This document shows, one piece after another, positions 10,401 through 22,760 of a stretch of DNA of 64,000 nucleotides; within the stretch, counting starts at the first letter, position 1, and the number at the start of each line of letters is the position of its first letter. Where the stretch lies: positions 186,001 to 250,000 of the forward strand of contig NIVC01001018.1 of assembly GCA_002269645.1 (NCBI GenBank), in the 5' to 3' direction. The notes beneath the pieces were generated by a model that saw only the letters and a list, made by a program, of their open reading frames with translations, made no database searches and had not been told where the DNA came from. The stretch is from Macrostomum lignano. Taxonomy: Eukaryota. Both the position numbers and the translations under genes were made by a program.

Positions 10401-12607
10401 TCAGGGTAGTCTACAAAATTTTCACGATCTGAGAGTGTAGCCGCCTTCTACACGTGTGATTTAGCGTGATGTTCTCATTTTAATGAATGATAAATCAATC
10501 AATTCCAAACTAGGTGACATTTGCTCTGCCCTCGGCTAACGTCGCTTCCGCGGTGCCGGCCGGGTTTGTGAAGCGGCTGAGTCTTGGAGGTGCGGATGCC
10601 AGACTGTACTCTCACAGCTACCTGGGCCTGGGCCTCATGTCCGCCCGTCTGGCAATTCTGCAGCTGAGCAGCCAGGGAAAATTGCCCTCTAGCGGAGCCG
10701 GGGCCTCTAAACAGTTTGTGACGGCGTGTCTGCCTAGCAACTACACTGGCCAGTGGGAGCACGGAGGCATTCTCTATAATGTTACTGGTGAGGTGGCCCG
10801 CTTGGGAAAGGACTTGCTGATTGATGAAGCTAATTACGGTTACGGAAGCTAAGTGAAGCTAAGTGCGGGAACTGAAGGAGGATCATTGGGGTGCGGGAAC
10901 TGAAGGAGGATCATTGGGGTGCGGGAACTGAAGGATGATCATTGGGGTGCGGGAACTGAAGGAGGATCATTGGGGTGCGGGAACTGAAGGATCATTGGGG
11001 TGCGGGAACTGAAGGATCATTGGGGTGCGGGAACTGAAGGATGATCATTGGGGTGCGGGAACTGAAGGAGGATCATTGGGGTGCGGGAACTGAAGGATCA
11101 TTGGGGTGCGGGAACTGAAGGATGATCATTGGGGTGCGGGAACTGAAGGAGGATCATTGGGGTGCGGGAACTGAAGGATGATCATTGGGGTGCGGGAACT
11201 GAAGGAGGATCATTGGGGTGCGGGAACTGAAGGAGGATCATTGGGGTGCGGGAACTGAAGGAGGATCATTGGGGTGCGGGAACTGAAGGAGGATCATTGG
11301 GGTGCGGGAACTGAAGGATCATTGGGGTGCGGGAACTGATGCATCATTGGGGTGCGGGAACTGATGCATCATTGGGGTGCGGGAAATGAAGGAGGATCAT
11401 TGGGGTGCGGGAACTGAAGGATCATTGGGGTGCGGGAACTGAATGATCATTGGGGTGCGGGAACTGAATGATCATTGGGGTGCGGGAACTGAATGATCAT
11501 GAGGGTGCGGGAACTGAAGGATCATTGGGGTGCGGCAAAATGAAGGATCATGAGGGTGCGGGAACTGAAGGATCATTGAGGTGCGGGAACTGAAGGATGA
11601 TCATTGGGGTGCGGGAACTGAAGGATCATTGAGGTGCGGGAACTGAAGGATGATCATTGGGGTGCGGGAACTGAAGGATCATTGAGGTGCGGGAACTGAA
11701 GGATGATCATTGGGGTGCGGGAACTGAAGGATCATTAAGGTGCGGGAACTGAAGGATGATCATTGGGGTGCGGGAACTGAAGGATCATTGAGGTGCGGGA
11801 ACTGAAGGATCATGAGGGTGCGGGAACTGAAGGATCATTGAGGTGCGGGAACTGAAGGATCATTGAGGTGCGGGAACTGAAGGATCATGAGGGTGCGGGA
11901 ACTGAAGGATCATGAGGGTGCGGGAACTGAAGGATCATGAGGGTGCGGGAACTGAAGGATCATTGAGGTGCGGGAACTGAAGGATCATGAGGGTGCGGGA
12001 ACTGAAGGATCATGAGGGTTCGGGAACTGAAGGATCATTGAGGTGCGGGAACTGAAGGATCATTGAGGTGCGGGAACTGAAGAATCATTGAGGTGCGGGA
12101 ACTGAAGAATCATTGAGGTGCGGGAACTGAAGGATGATCATGTTGTCCAATCCTTTTTCTCTTTCAAAAACCGCAGGCAGCGCCTCTCCCGATCCCTACG
12201 CCGCCTGTCGCCGTCTCGCCATGGGCGTTGTTCGCTCGGCTGGCGTCCATCAGCTGACCGGGCTGGCCACCGGCCGTTTCTACGCCTTCAGCTATTTCTA
12301 CGATCGGGCAGCCGATGCGGGCTTGATCGGCGCCAAGGAGGGCGGCGAGGTGACCCTGGCCGACATCGCCAACGCCGCAGAGGCCGCTTGCAATCGACGC
12401 AACAGCGACAGCAAGCAGCCGTTCCACTGCCTGGACCTGTGCTACCAGGCCGCTCTATTAACCGAAGGCTACGGCTTTGCGCCCAGTTCGAAGTTTGTGA
12501 TGCGTAAAAAGATTCGCAATGTGGAACTAAGCTGGGCGCTTGGCGCCGTATTCGACGTGTTTTATAACCATGCCAACAATAGCAGCGGGCCAGCCACCGC
12601 AAACTGA
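7405..12607 (+). CDS. ENTPD5/6: GDA1/CD39-family apyrase (ENTPD5/6-like, N-terminal TM); join(7405..7953,8479..8652,10514..10787,12177..12607), about 475 aa; start could be a later ATG
   Basis: Apyrase conserved regions ILDAGSTGSR, LKATAGLRLL, MDGLDEG, LDLGGGSTQ, LYSHSYLGLGL and SWALGA; splice phases consistent (1428 nt). Confidence 0.92.
7975..8430. repeat. C-rich variable-unit minisatellite (CCCCGATCCTTCAGTCTGAG core) in ENTPD intron 1
   Basis: Read directly. Confidence 0.93.
9439..10284. mobile_element. Nested foldback/MITE-like element in ENTPD intron 2
   Basis: Outer inverted repeat about 9439-9520 / 10203-10284; inner inverted repeat about 9541-9660 / 9782-9901; both near-perfect. Confidence 0.8.
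10863..12140. repeat. 25-28-bp G-rich minisatellite (GTGCGGGAACTGAAGG[AGG]ATCATTGGG) filling ENTPD intron 3
   Basis: Read directly; the variant composition drifts from left to right. Confidence 0.97.
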
Positions 12608-12714
12608 TTTTGTCCGTTTTTGACTGCTGAAAATCTCTGGAATTTTAGTCTGTTGTATGCAAGTGTACGTGTATAAAGTGCCGGATCCAGATGGGATGAG
12701 AACACCTCCTTGTT

Positions 12715-12965
12715 CCACTGATCTTTTGATGGCGCCGCCCCCTTCCTGATCCTCTTTGATGGCGCCGCCCCCTTCCTGATCCTCTTTGATGGCGCCTCGC
12801 CCTTCCTGATCCTCTTTGATGGCGCCTCGCCCTTCCTGATCCTCTTTGATGGCGCCTCGCCCTTCCTGATCCTCTTTGATGGCGCCGCCCCCTTCCTTAT
12901 CCTCTTGAACGGTGCCGCGCCACCCACTTCCTGATCCTCTTTAACAGCGCCGCGCCCTTCCTGAG
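12715..12965. repeat. 30-bp minisatellite (CCTCTTTGATGGCGCCGCCCCCTTCCTGAT) downstream of the ENTPD stop
   Basis: Read directly. Confidence 0.9.
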
Positions 12966-13514
12966 CCTCTGATTCCCTGGTCCCTCGAAGGGCCAAAGCT
13001 TCTAATAGTCTACAGAGATTACCTGCTCGTTCGATCCACACCTGCTTATTTTATAGCAGATGTTGCCGTCTTACTGTTTTACATGACTCGACCAAAAATA
13101 TTACTTGCAGTAGTCAAACAAAAATCCTAAACATCACGCCATCCACATAATAATAGCTACATTCTGAGTTGCTTTTCTGTTATTTGCCCTCTGTTATTGC
13201 TGCTTTTATTACTCACCGATCGTTTGTTATGCATGAATTATTTTAGTAGTAGGTATATTAATATTGATTTTATAGAGTGGTGATAGCTGCAAGGCTTGAG
13301 ACTGTGATGGTCTGCTTAATCTCTCTTTACTGTGGTAAATGCAATAAACTATTGTTTTGCAACACCGAACACATCTAATAAATGTGCCACACGGTTGCCA
13401 TACCATACTCGACGCCGTCTTCTCAAAATTAACTAGTAAAGGCAAAAAATTAAATTGACAAAGAACGGGTATTTGAAACCTTTGTGCTTTAAGAATGCAT
13501 AATTAATAATTGAT

Positions 13515-13706
13515 GTGCAACCGACAGCTCAGCCGTAGCTTTTTTTGCGCAGCGCATCTGAAGGCTGCGTACGGCTGTTCAGTCCAAGGACGCCAATGCA
13601 GAGTTAAGTGTTTTGCTCAAAGGACCCGAATTGCTTCGACTGGTTAGGGAATCGAACCCCCGACCTTTAGTCGCGAGTCCGACGCTCTAACCTCTGGGCT
13701 ACAACC
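13515..13706 (-). mobile_element. tRNA-derived SINE
   Basis: Minus strand: GGTTGTAGCCCAGAGGTTAGAGCG (A box), GGTTCGATTCC (B box), then CCTTTGAGCAAAACACTTAACTC, resembling the conserved core of CORE/V-type SINEs. Confidence 0.7.
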
Positions 13707-14452
13707 TTTTTGTGTTTACGTAGTTCATCTGAGAAATTAGACAATCCACTACACTAAAAATAGGTTTTTCTATGTACCTGTGCCGGTATGTATGAAGGCC
13801 TGACATCTATACAGATTGACCAAGGATCAGCTTCATGTATTGAATTCGATTTTGTGAATTCCGGTTCGGAATTGTAGTGAACACGTGCCGAGTCTTATAC
13901 TGCTGCTGACGTCGGTGCGCCCTGGGATGCTGACTTTCAAATACTCGGTCGGTTTTGTGGTGCTCCAAGGTTTGCTGGCAGGGTGTTTGCAATGGGAGCA
14001 CAGATATTACAGCCAGAGAATTAGCAACACGGCCTGATTTTATTTAAAATTGATCTCAGATCTGGCATCTGATCTTATTATCAGTGGCTTTCGGGTCGAC
14101 CTGATATTAACTGCGAGTTCATCCCGTTTACTATCCGGTACAACGTCTAAAATGAAATGACTAGCGAGCAATTATTTTTTTCGGGTTTACCATGGCGACC
14201 CCATCCGGATATAGGAAAACTTCTGTTAGCAATCGGCATAGAGACGTAGTGGCAGTGGCCTGAAAAAACTAAGTCAGTAAAGTCAAGGATCCTTCAATTC
14301 CCAGGTAGCTTTTTTTCATCCAGACCAACGATTTATTAAAGCGAGTTAATCATCAGCTTCGCAATCTGGTTTTCTAATTCAACACGATCGCCTCAGACCA
14401 TGCGGACTAACAATAGACCAGTTAAGTTCGCCAGTAAGTCCATAGCTGCACT

Positions 14453-16344
14453 TCAATCGTCCTCAGCCGCATCGCCGCCAGCCAGGTTGCCCTGCAGTTT
14501 GGCCAAGAAAGTGGCCTTCTTTTGCTGCACCCGGTTGCGCTTCTGCTCCCGGGACATCTTCTTCCGGCCGTAGCGCTTCGGCTTGGCGCCATCGGCTGCT
14601 GGCGCTTTCTTTTTCGGCGCCTCCGGCTCCGGCTTGGCGCGGATAGCGGCGTGCGCCTTGGTGTACATCTGTTCGATGCTGTTCTCATCGACGCCCTTCT
14701 TCAGATAGTCGGAGAACTGGCGCTGATAGGCCTCCTCGTCGTCGGACTTCAACGAGCGCATGTACTCGGCCACGTGCAGGCCGAGGATCTTCTTGCGGTG
14801 CTCCTCGGCGCTGTGGATCAAATTTAGTTTTATGTATTGTTTGTTGCTAATAATAATAATAGATTAGGCCCATTTTTCCACATTGTACGAGCCAAAAAAT
14901 GAGTCGTACATCAAAGATGAGTCGTACATCAAAGATGAGTCGTACATCAAAGATGAGTCGTACATCAAAGATGAGTCGCACATCAAAGATGAGTCGTATA
15001 TCAAAGATGAGTCGTACATCAAAGATGAGTCGCACATCAAAGAATGATGAGTCGTATATCAAAGATGAGTCACACATCAAAGATGAGTCGTACATCAAAG
15101 ATGAGTCGTACATCAAAGATGAGTCGTACATCAAAGATGAGTTGTACATCAAAGATGAATTGCACATCAAGGATGAGTTGTACATCAAATAAGAGTCGTA
15201 CATCAAAGATGAGTCGTACATCAAAGATGAGTTGTACATCAAAGATGAATTGCACATCAAAGATGAGTCGTACATCAAATAAGAGTCGTACATCAAAGAT
15301 GAGCCGCACATCAAAGATGAGTTGTACATTATCAGTCGTTGGATTTGATGATTTATTCGATAGCGGTAAACAACTCTATGTACTCTATACGCTACAAGAA
15401 TGCGCCCAGTTTTTGCTTAGCCTATATATAGCCTTCATATTACTTAATGCAAGGATATTACGCTTTTGTAAGATCCTATCACATGTACAAACAGCTCCAA
15501 TTACATGCAGGTGGAGTAAGTGTTGGTGCTTTTCTGCGTTGAGGTAAAACAAAGTGTATGAAAGTGCGCACATGAGGATTTTTGTATGTGGCTGGCTACC
15601 GGGGGCCGGGGTATCCCGGTGAAGGACCTGAGTTCGATTTCGCGAACGGCCACATTAATTTGCCCACAAGTCACAGTGTGAAAAAGTATGGCCGCGCGAA
15701 CAAGCATTTACTATGGATGGTAAAAAAGGAAAAATTACTAGTATGCAATAGAATCTACTCAAAACTGCTCACCTGTACTGCTTAGTCGCGGCGCTATAGC
15801 CGGGGAAGCGCTTATTCGAGTGCGGGATGTCCAACCCACCGTCGACGGCGCCCTTGAGCGCGCCGAACACGCGCGCCCCGGTGGTGGTGCGCACCAGGCC
15901 GACGTCCAAGTAGCAGCGGAACGCGCCAGGCTGACCATCCGGGCTTTCAACGATGAACTCTTCGCCGTCGGCTTTCTCTTTGCCAACGTAGATTGAGTCC
16001 AGCTTGAGCTTCTTGATCATTCGCCTGGCCAGCAGCAGGCCGGTGGCGTAGGCCGAGGCGTAGTTCTTCAGGCCGACCTTCACGCCGTAGCGGGGCAGCT
16101 CGTGCGCGTAGGCCGAGCAGATCACGTGATCACCTTCGATTCTAGCATAGACAATCTGGCAGATGATGTCCTTGTTAGTGAATCGGACAACCATTCGGTA
16201 CTTGGGCGTGTTGTACTTGTTCTTATCCTGCCAGATCAGCCTCTTCCTGGCGTAATAGTCGGTTTTACCCTGGCGACGCCTCTTAAACTTGACCTGATAC
16301 CGCTTGAAATAAGCGGTGGTCTTGGTGATCTTGATGTAGCCCAT
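14453..16344 (-). CDS. RPL5: 60S ribosomal protein L5 (uL18); join(complement 15773..16344,14453..14810), 309 aa
   Basis: [67 protein letters not shown]; AG|GTGAG donor and CACAG| acceptor are both phase 2. Confidence 0.98.
14898..15329. repeat. 18-bp minisatellite (CATCAAAGATGAGTCGTA)n in the RPL5 intron
   Basis: Read directly. Confidence 0.95.
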
Positions 16345-16857
16345 GGCCCTGAAAGTTTTTGTTTAAATACGAATTCTTGCAGCAGATTGTATCGATTGTT
16401 TTCAATAACTTGTGGAAATTATCAATAGTAGAAATGGCTGAGTGATTCCAATAGTTACTCTAATGCTGTGCATATTTTATTATCTGCCATGTAAAGGATG
16501 CCCAGTTTATTTTTTTATTTTTACTTTTTTGGAATCTGTCTGAACACATACATATACCTATATATGCATTGAACTTTTTTTTAAAACTAATTAAGTTGGA
16601 TTCTTTTAATTGTTAATGTAGCTAATGTCTAATCTACAGTATTGATAAAAGTTTATCTTTAAACAATTTAAAATGATGAATTATTATTTAGACAATTTAG
16701 ATTTATACCTAGACTTAAAAGTTCAGATTATTAGTAAAAATGCAATTGAGAATTTTCATAGACAATAAGATGATAATATAAAACATATATTTTTCAAATG
16801 TTCAATAGCTAAGCATTGCATCGAAAATTTTTTAATATTTTTCATTAATTTAATTAT

Positions 16858-18097
16858 TGGACGGTTGGCAACCTCAAGCCCGCAGGCCACATCTGGCCTG
16901 CAAAGACTTTCTATGTGGCCCACAAACTTCCTCTATCTTCATTACTATAATCTGGCCCACACCTTTGTAATGTAGTAGGGCATTATTTTAGGAACGGGAA
17001 TTAGTAGCGAAGCAGAAATGCTTTTGCCTACTGTCAGTAGTTTAGGTTTGGGAAAGTAATTAGAGCAGGGGAAAATCGCTAGTTTTTGGGATTCTCTAGA
17101 AGTATAGAACAGTTTGGGGCTTGGGAAAGCAGATTTTTCGCTGGCTGGCGGGCGATCTCAGAAATTAGGAAGGTAAGAGGCAGGGAGTATTGGGAAAATT
17201 TTAAGTAAAACTGTCGAGGTAGTTGATGACAAAACAGTACACCTACAGGTAGTCAATGCCTGACATTTTGCACCAACCATTGCATGCCATTTTCATTTTG
17301 TTTTTTTTGAAGTATAAAACTTTTGTTAATTAATTCGGTTTTTCTGAGTCAATCCTTTGTCTCTACAATAATAGGACTAGGGAAACAGGAAGCCTGGTGG
17401 CAGCGAATCTACCAATCTCAACCAGTAAAATCCACTAATAAGAAATCCTTAGCAAATAAGAAAACCAGTAGCCGAAACCGCAGGTGCACGACTTGTCCAG
17501 TAATAACTTCATTGTTTGGCCCATTAAAGTTTTGTGCACTGAAAATGGGGAATTTCTTTCCTCAATTGTCAATTTTATAAATGACAAATTAGTAATGAGA
17601 CAAACTGAGTGTGAGTGGCTGTTTACAAAGTCTAGACAGACAGCACATCAGTTCAAACTTACAAATAAAATAGAAATAGGGGAACTGGTGGAAAAGGAAA
17701 GTGAGGTGGTGGTGGGCCAACATGGGGGTACAAATGTAGTACATTGATAGGGCTGACTGTGCAGCAGATTGAGCAGAATCAGACTTTCTAATAATGCATC
17801 AAATATGATAAACTTGTGTTTTAATTCTGTTTCTTCAGTATCATATATTTTAGCCTATCAGTGGCACAATTAGAAATTTGTTGAGGGGGGGCAGATTTTG
17901 GAGGGTAGACCCAAGGGGTAGATTCTAGAGGGTAGACCCAAGGGGTAGATTCTGGAGAGTAGACCCAGGGGGGGCAAATTCTGGAGAGTAAAGACCCAGG
18001 GGGGGGGGGGCAGAATAATGGGAGGTGACCTGTGGCCTGTGATCTTGAACTAAAAACCTTATCTAGCTCTCAGGTAGAAAAAGGTTGCCAACCCCTG
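16858..18097. mobile_element. Decayed non-autonomous hAT-like element
   Basis: Right end AGGTTGCCAACCCCTG; left end GGTTGGCAACCT followed by GCCCGCAGGCCACATCTGGCC, typical of hAT subtermini. No TSD recovered. Confidence 0.45.
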
Positions 18098-19181
18098 ATC
18101 TACATGCTTGTGTTTGTTAAGGGTGACATTTGCAATCATCTTTCAGATGGCCTCCTACAATAGCTTTCTACAAAAGATACTAGATGCTATGACTATAGCT
18201 AAGGCCCCAAAAGACAATGACTCTAGTGAGTTTTTGCTTTCCTATTATACATAGGACTATGAAAAAGGATAAAACATAGAAAAGGTCAAAGAGGTCTAAG
18301 AAGTTGCAAACAAAGATCACAATCACAAGGGAATAGATTCCATAATGCAAATGCTAATAGTACTCATAATGCTAAGCAAAGTTTAGCAAAAATTACCAAG
18401 CTTATATACTACCCATAGTTTAGAAAGCAACCTGCATACAGGCACCAAGATTTCCTGGCATACAACAAGGGCATACAACCTGGCATACAACTTCTATTTT
18501 AGTATACAATTAGCATACATCCCAATGCATATGACAAAATAGAAAATTTTTAGCTTACATCTATGGCATACCTATGTATATGTTAGGATCAAATGGTGAC
18601 TTTATATAAAATATGCTACATGTAACATTGTCAACATGGAGCAAGGAATAATAAAAAACAATTTAAAACTTTGTGCCCTAAAAACATATTTTTCTCAATT
18701 CTTAACAAAAATAAAGTATTTAAATTACATCTTTTGTAATTGTTTTTTCTCTATGCACATTGTAAAAAGCATATAACTTTGGCATATATAGGCCTAGTTG
18801 AAAACATTTTTGTCCCAATGTATAAATGTAGTCTTATACATTTTTTTCTATTAAAACTGACATATACTAATATACAATCCAAACTATGGTATACTACTAG
18901 GCTGGACATCTAAAATGCATTTTGTTTTTTATTTATACTAATAGCAGAGTAATAAATATGGTTTCATTTGTTAGCTATGAATTTTAGGCTTTAGCCAAAA
19001 TGCCTTTGATAAATGCTTTCTATTAGCATTAGAAGACTATCTTAATAAATTATATAAATACAATCTTTAAAGATTATATAATATGCAACCTATATATTTG
19101 GAATAAAAGGATAACAATAATGATAAATACCTTTAGTTCTAATAAAGAGTTATTTGATAAACGGATAGTGATAGATTCAGT

Positions 19182-21482
19182 GGTTCCTAGACACTTTGTC
19201 ATCTTACCACTTTGTCATCCATTCTTATTGTTGGACACTTTGTCATCTACTCCCTGGACACTTTGTCATCCACTTTTTGTATGAAAAACTTTGCTATATT
19301 AACATGTATTCTCATACATGCAACTATATAGCTATATAACTATATAAAGATAAAGATTAAACATTATACATGTATATGTATCTACATATAGTCGCCCTCC
19401 TCCTTTCATATTCAGGGCTTGGGACCAGACAATGGTGGAGTCACAACCCACAAAGATAGTCATTAAATACTGTAATTTATAGCTACATATAGGCACAAAG
19501 ATCAAAAAGTTCACAAAGCACAAAGAGAATAGCATAAAGACCTATACATTTAAATTATTGCAGAATTAATTCAATCTTTTCCTTCTATATCTAATATTTG
19601 TTTGTTTGTTTGTTTGTATGTCGATAACGGCTAGCAGCTTTCCCTATTGGAATAAGTTGACAAAATGTGGACAACCATCTGTTGCATTTTTGGATTCTTT
19701 TGGTGTCGCATCAGGCAACATTGGTGTCAAGTAATATGTCGCGTCGAGCGACACTGTGGAAACCTGGTGTCGTTATGCGTTGCATTGCACAATGCGACAG
19801 TGTGGCAACTTGGTGGCTGGCGTTGTCACGTATTGCGTTGCAGCCTGGATCTATAGCCAAAACTAGTTGCAAACTGTGTTTCATTGTAATATGTTCATGG
19901 TTGTTTCTTGGTATTTAAATGTTTTAAACATGTTTGATAATAACTAGTTCTTGAATTGTTCTTTTTTATTTTGACGGTATAATAACTAATACTTCAAATA
20001 TAATTTTTAGAAATGTTACCTGTTAGTTACAATGTGTGCGCTGTTTTTCTAAGTGTTGTACCTTTGTTGTTTTACTGTTTATTGTTTTTTAATTTCATTT
20101 ATTTTTCTGCAAAATTGAAAAGAATACTCTCATCCCTTGCCCCATGGTCTTGGTGTCAGGAGTAAATGGCAGAACGGGAATTGTCAATTGCAATGTGGCT
20201 GCTGTGGCATCCTCCCCCCCCCAGTCATTTGGTCAACAGACATCAGTGTTGTGTCACTCGTCGCCGCCCCCTAGTCAACAAAATTTGGTGTTGCGTCGTG
20301 CTTTTGAAGGCACAATTTTGGCACCTGTGTTGCATGTCCACAGGTTTTTAAAACTTATTCCAATAGGGGTGGCTTTACCTGTGGCTGGATGGCTGGCGGC
20401 TCTACCTGCGGCTGAATGGCTGGCGGCTCTACCTGCTTCTGGACGGCTGGCAGCTGTACAGCTGGCGGCTCACCTTGACAGCATGTGCAACTCCATGGAA
20501 AGTTCCCTTGGCTAGACAGCTCTTGATATTTTTCTTTAGAAATTCCTATGCCACAACACAGACAATGGTGCTGCCATTGCTGACAAATGTCACATTGAAG
20601 CACTTGATATTTTTTGCTAACTGGCTCTTGGCAAAAATGCAGATATCTGCCATTTCACTTATAAACTAGCTGTTTCTTACATGTATTTGCTTTTTATATG
20701 TGATTTCATGCACCATTTTATAATAGAATTCTGGATAGGAGTAGGCTGGCCACTTCAGTCTTGAGAGGTTAAAGTGAGCATCTTTATACCTGTACCTTTC
20801 TTGGATCCACCACTGTGGTTAGTTGGTTGGAGAATTGGCACATTGCACTTATAGACATAAATGCATGTATGGCTTAGTACATTTAGGGGGTGAAAACACT
20901 CTAGCTTAGACTGTATGCATATAAAGGGTTGGTTAAGTCCCTGCAGGTAGAGCAAGGAGAAATCCATTATGTAACATCACTTTAGCTCAGATTGTATGGG
21001 GTTGTGATTCAAGGGTTGGTTAATTTCCTGCAGGTGGAGCAAGGAAAAATCCATGGCCACATACTTTGTTGCCTCCCCTGGGTTATAGAAGTGATAATGC
21101 CAATTTTAGGTTTTAGCAAGGAAGCAAAAATAATTATTAGAGCTTGGCAAGTTTGAACATAGAATAAAATTACAATGAGCACTAGGCCCTAGTTTAGTAT
21201 CTACATGTACATTGTACATACTTGTACATTAAAATGTGCGTATGCAAACTACATATACATTGTGTACATTGAATGCCAATTATAGTGACAAGTTGAATCT
21301 CTAAGTGTGTATTTAATCTTATATTTTACAGACTAAATTAATTGAGTAACAATTTATAATAATAACAATCGAATAATAATTTACAGCCTTGGGATGATCT
21401 TGGGATGATGAAATGTCCTCAAAATTTGGTCATTTTGTCATTGAGATGACAAAGTGATTAGATGATGAAGTGTCCAGGAGCC
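19182..21482 (-). mobile_element. Degenerate TIR DNA transposon (possibly Mutator-like) with a PHD-finger remnant
   Basis: TIRs GGTTCCTAGACACTTTGTCATC / GATGATGAAGTGTCCAGGAGCC; 8-bp TSD GATTCAGT (19174-19181, 21483-21490); ORF 20355..20603 reads CDICQQWQH..C...WSCTCC. Confidence 0.65.
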
Positions 21483-22760
21483 GATTCAGTTTTCAATAGA
21501 TGTAGGGAATAAATTGGCACAAATATGAAAAAAGATTAAAGTTTTATTATGGGTAGGCCTATTTAGTTTCAAATCTATTATTATTGCATCAATATTTATA
21601 AATATGATTGATTAGGCCTAAACATGATAATTAAATACAACCATAGTTATTAGTATTATTAATTTGCTAATTCATGGTTCAAAGAAATTGAAATTGATAG
21701 GCCTATAATAGAGATTCAATGTTTTGGCCATCTTGGTCTTAAGTTACACCCTTTCAAGTTTCAACCCACAAACTTTTTAACTTCAACTAGCCTTAGGAAA
21801 TATGCCATAATAAAAATCTTAGTATTTCTGTTGAATTTGAAAATTCAAATTCAAACTTAAAATTCAAACTTCAAACTTAAATTCTAATTCAAGTTTAAAA
21901 TGCAAACCTGCAACACTGGTGCAACACCTGGTCTTGGACCTGGTTCTGTCATCAACACCTAAACCTGGCCATTGAAAGAAGCAGCAGCAGCCACCCAATG
22001 CGAAACCTAATGCAATGGAGTGCTAACTTGCTCTTTCTCTAAAACATCTTGCACTTTGTTCAAGAAGCGATAAATGAGAATGATCAGGCGCAGAGGCCAC
22101 AACTTGGCTCTTTCGGTCCATGAATCTTGAGCAACGTGATGACTGATGAGCAAGAGAAAGAAGCAGGTAGCAAGTCCAAGTACGAAGAATACTTGAACGC
22201 CATCTTTGGGCAGTCTGTGACAGTTCGCAAAGACCTGGAGTGCCGAGACCAAAGCCAAGGCAAGGCCAAGGGGACTTATTTAGGCCCTAATGTAAAATTT
22301 GGCAATAGTGCACAAATATAACCTATACCAAATCTCAATTTACTTATCACATACCCTTTGTTCTAAAGTTTGGCATAGGCCGCATAGCATACGTTACATC
22401 AGATGTCATTCAGCGACTTGAAAAGATGAAAAATTGTGTTAAGAAGCATAATTTAAAATTAAATAACACACGAAATTGAACATTATATGTGCAATGAGTA
22501 TAACAATGCAAATACCATAGGGCTTTTAAAAAGATGCTCTAAGGTCAAAATAAGACAGAAGGAAATAATTTAAGAAGTTGTTTACATTTACTTTCTGAAC
22601 TAAAATATTTTGAGGGTTTTGCTTAAAGATTGAACTCTACCGGGTGCATTGACTTACTTTGACTTAGCTGCAGGGTGGTCCGTAGACACAGCGGGGAGGC
22701 GAGGGTCGCCCATTCCGCTAGCCCCTGAAGGCCCGCAGACAGGCAGAGGCGTGGGGCCGG

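Noticed and set aside
10863-12140. CRISPR-like appearance of regularly spaced repeats here and elsewhere
   Set aside because: No unique spacers and no cas genes; eukaryotic intron context.
15580-15660. Possible snoRNA or tRNA-like element in the RPL5 intron
   Set aside because: Only a weak B-box-like GAGTTCGATT; no convincing C/D or H/ACA boxes with a terminal stem.
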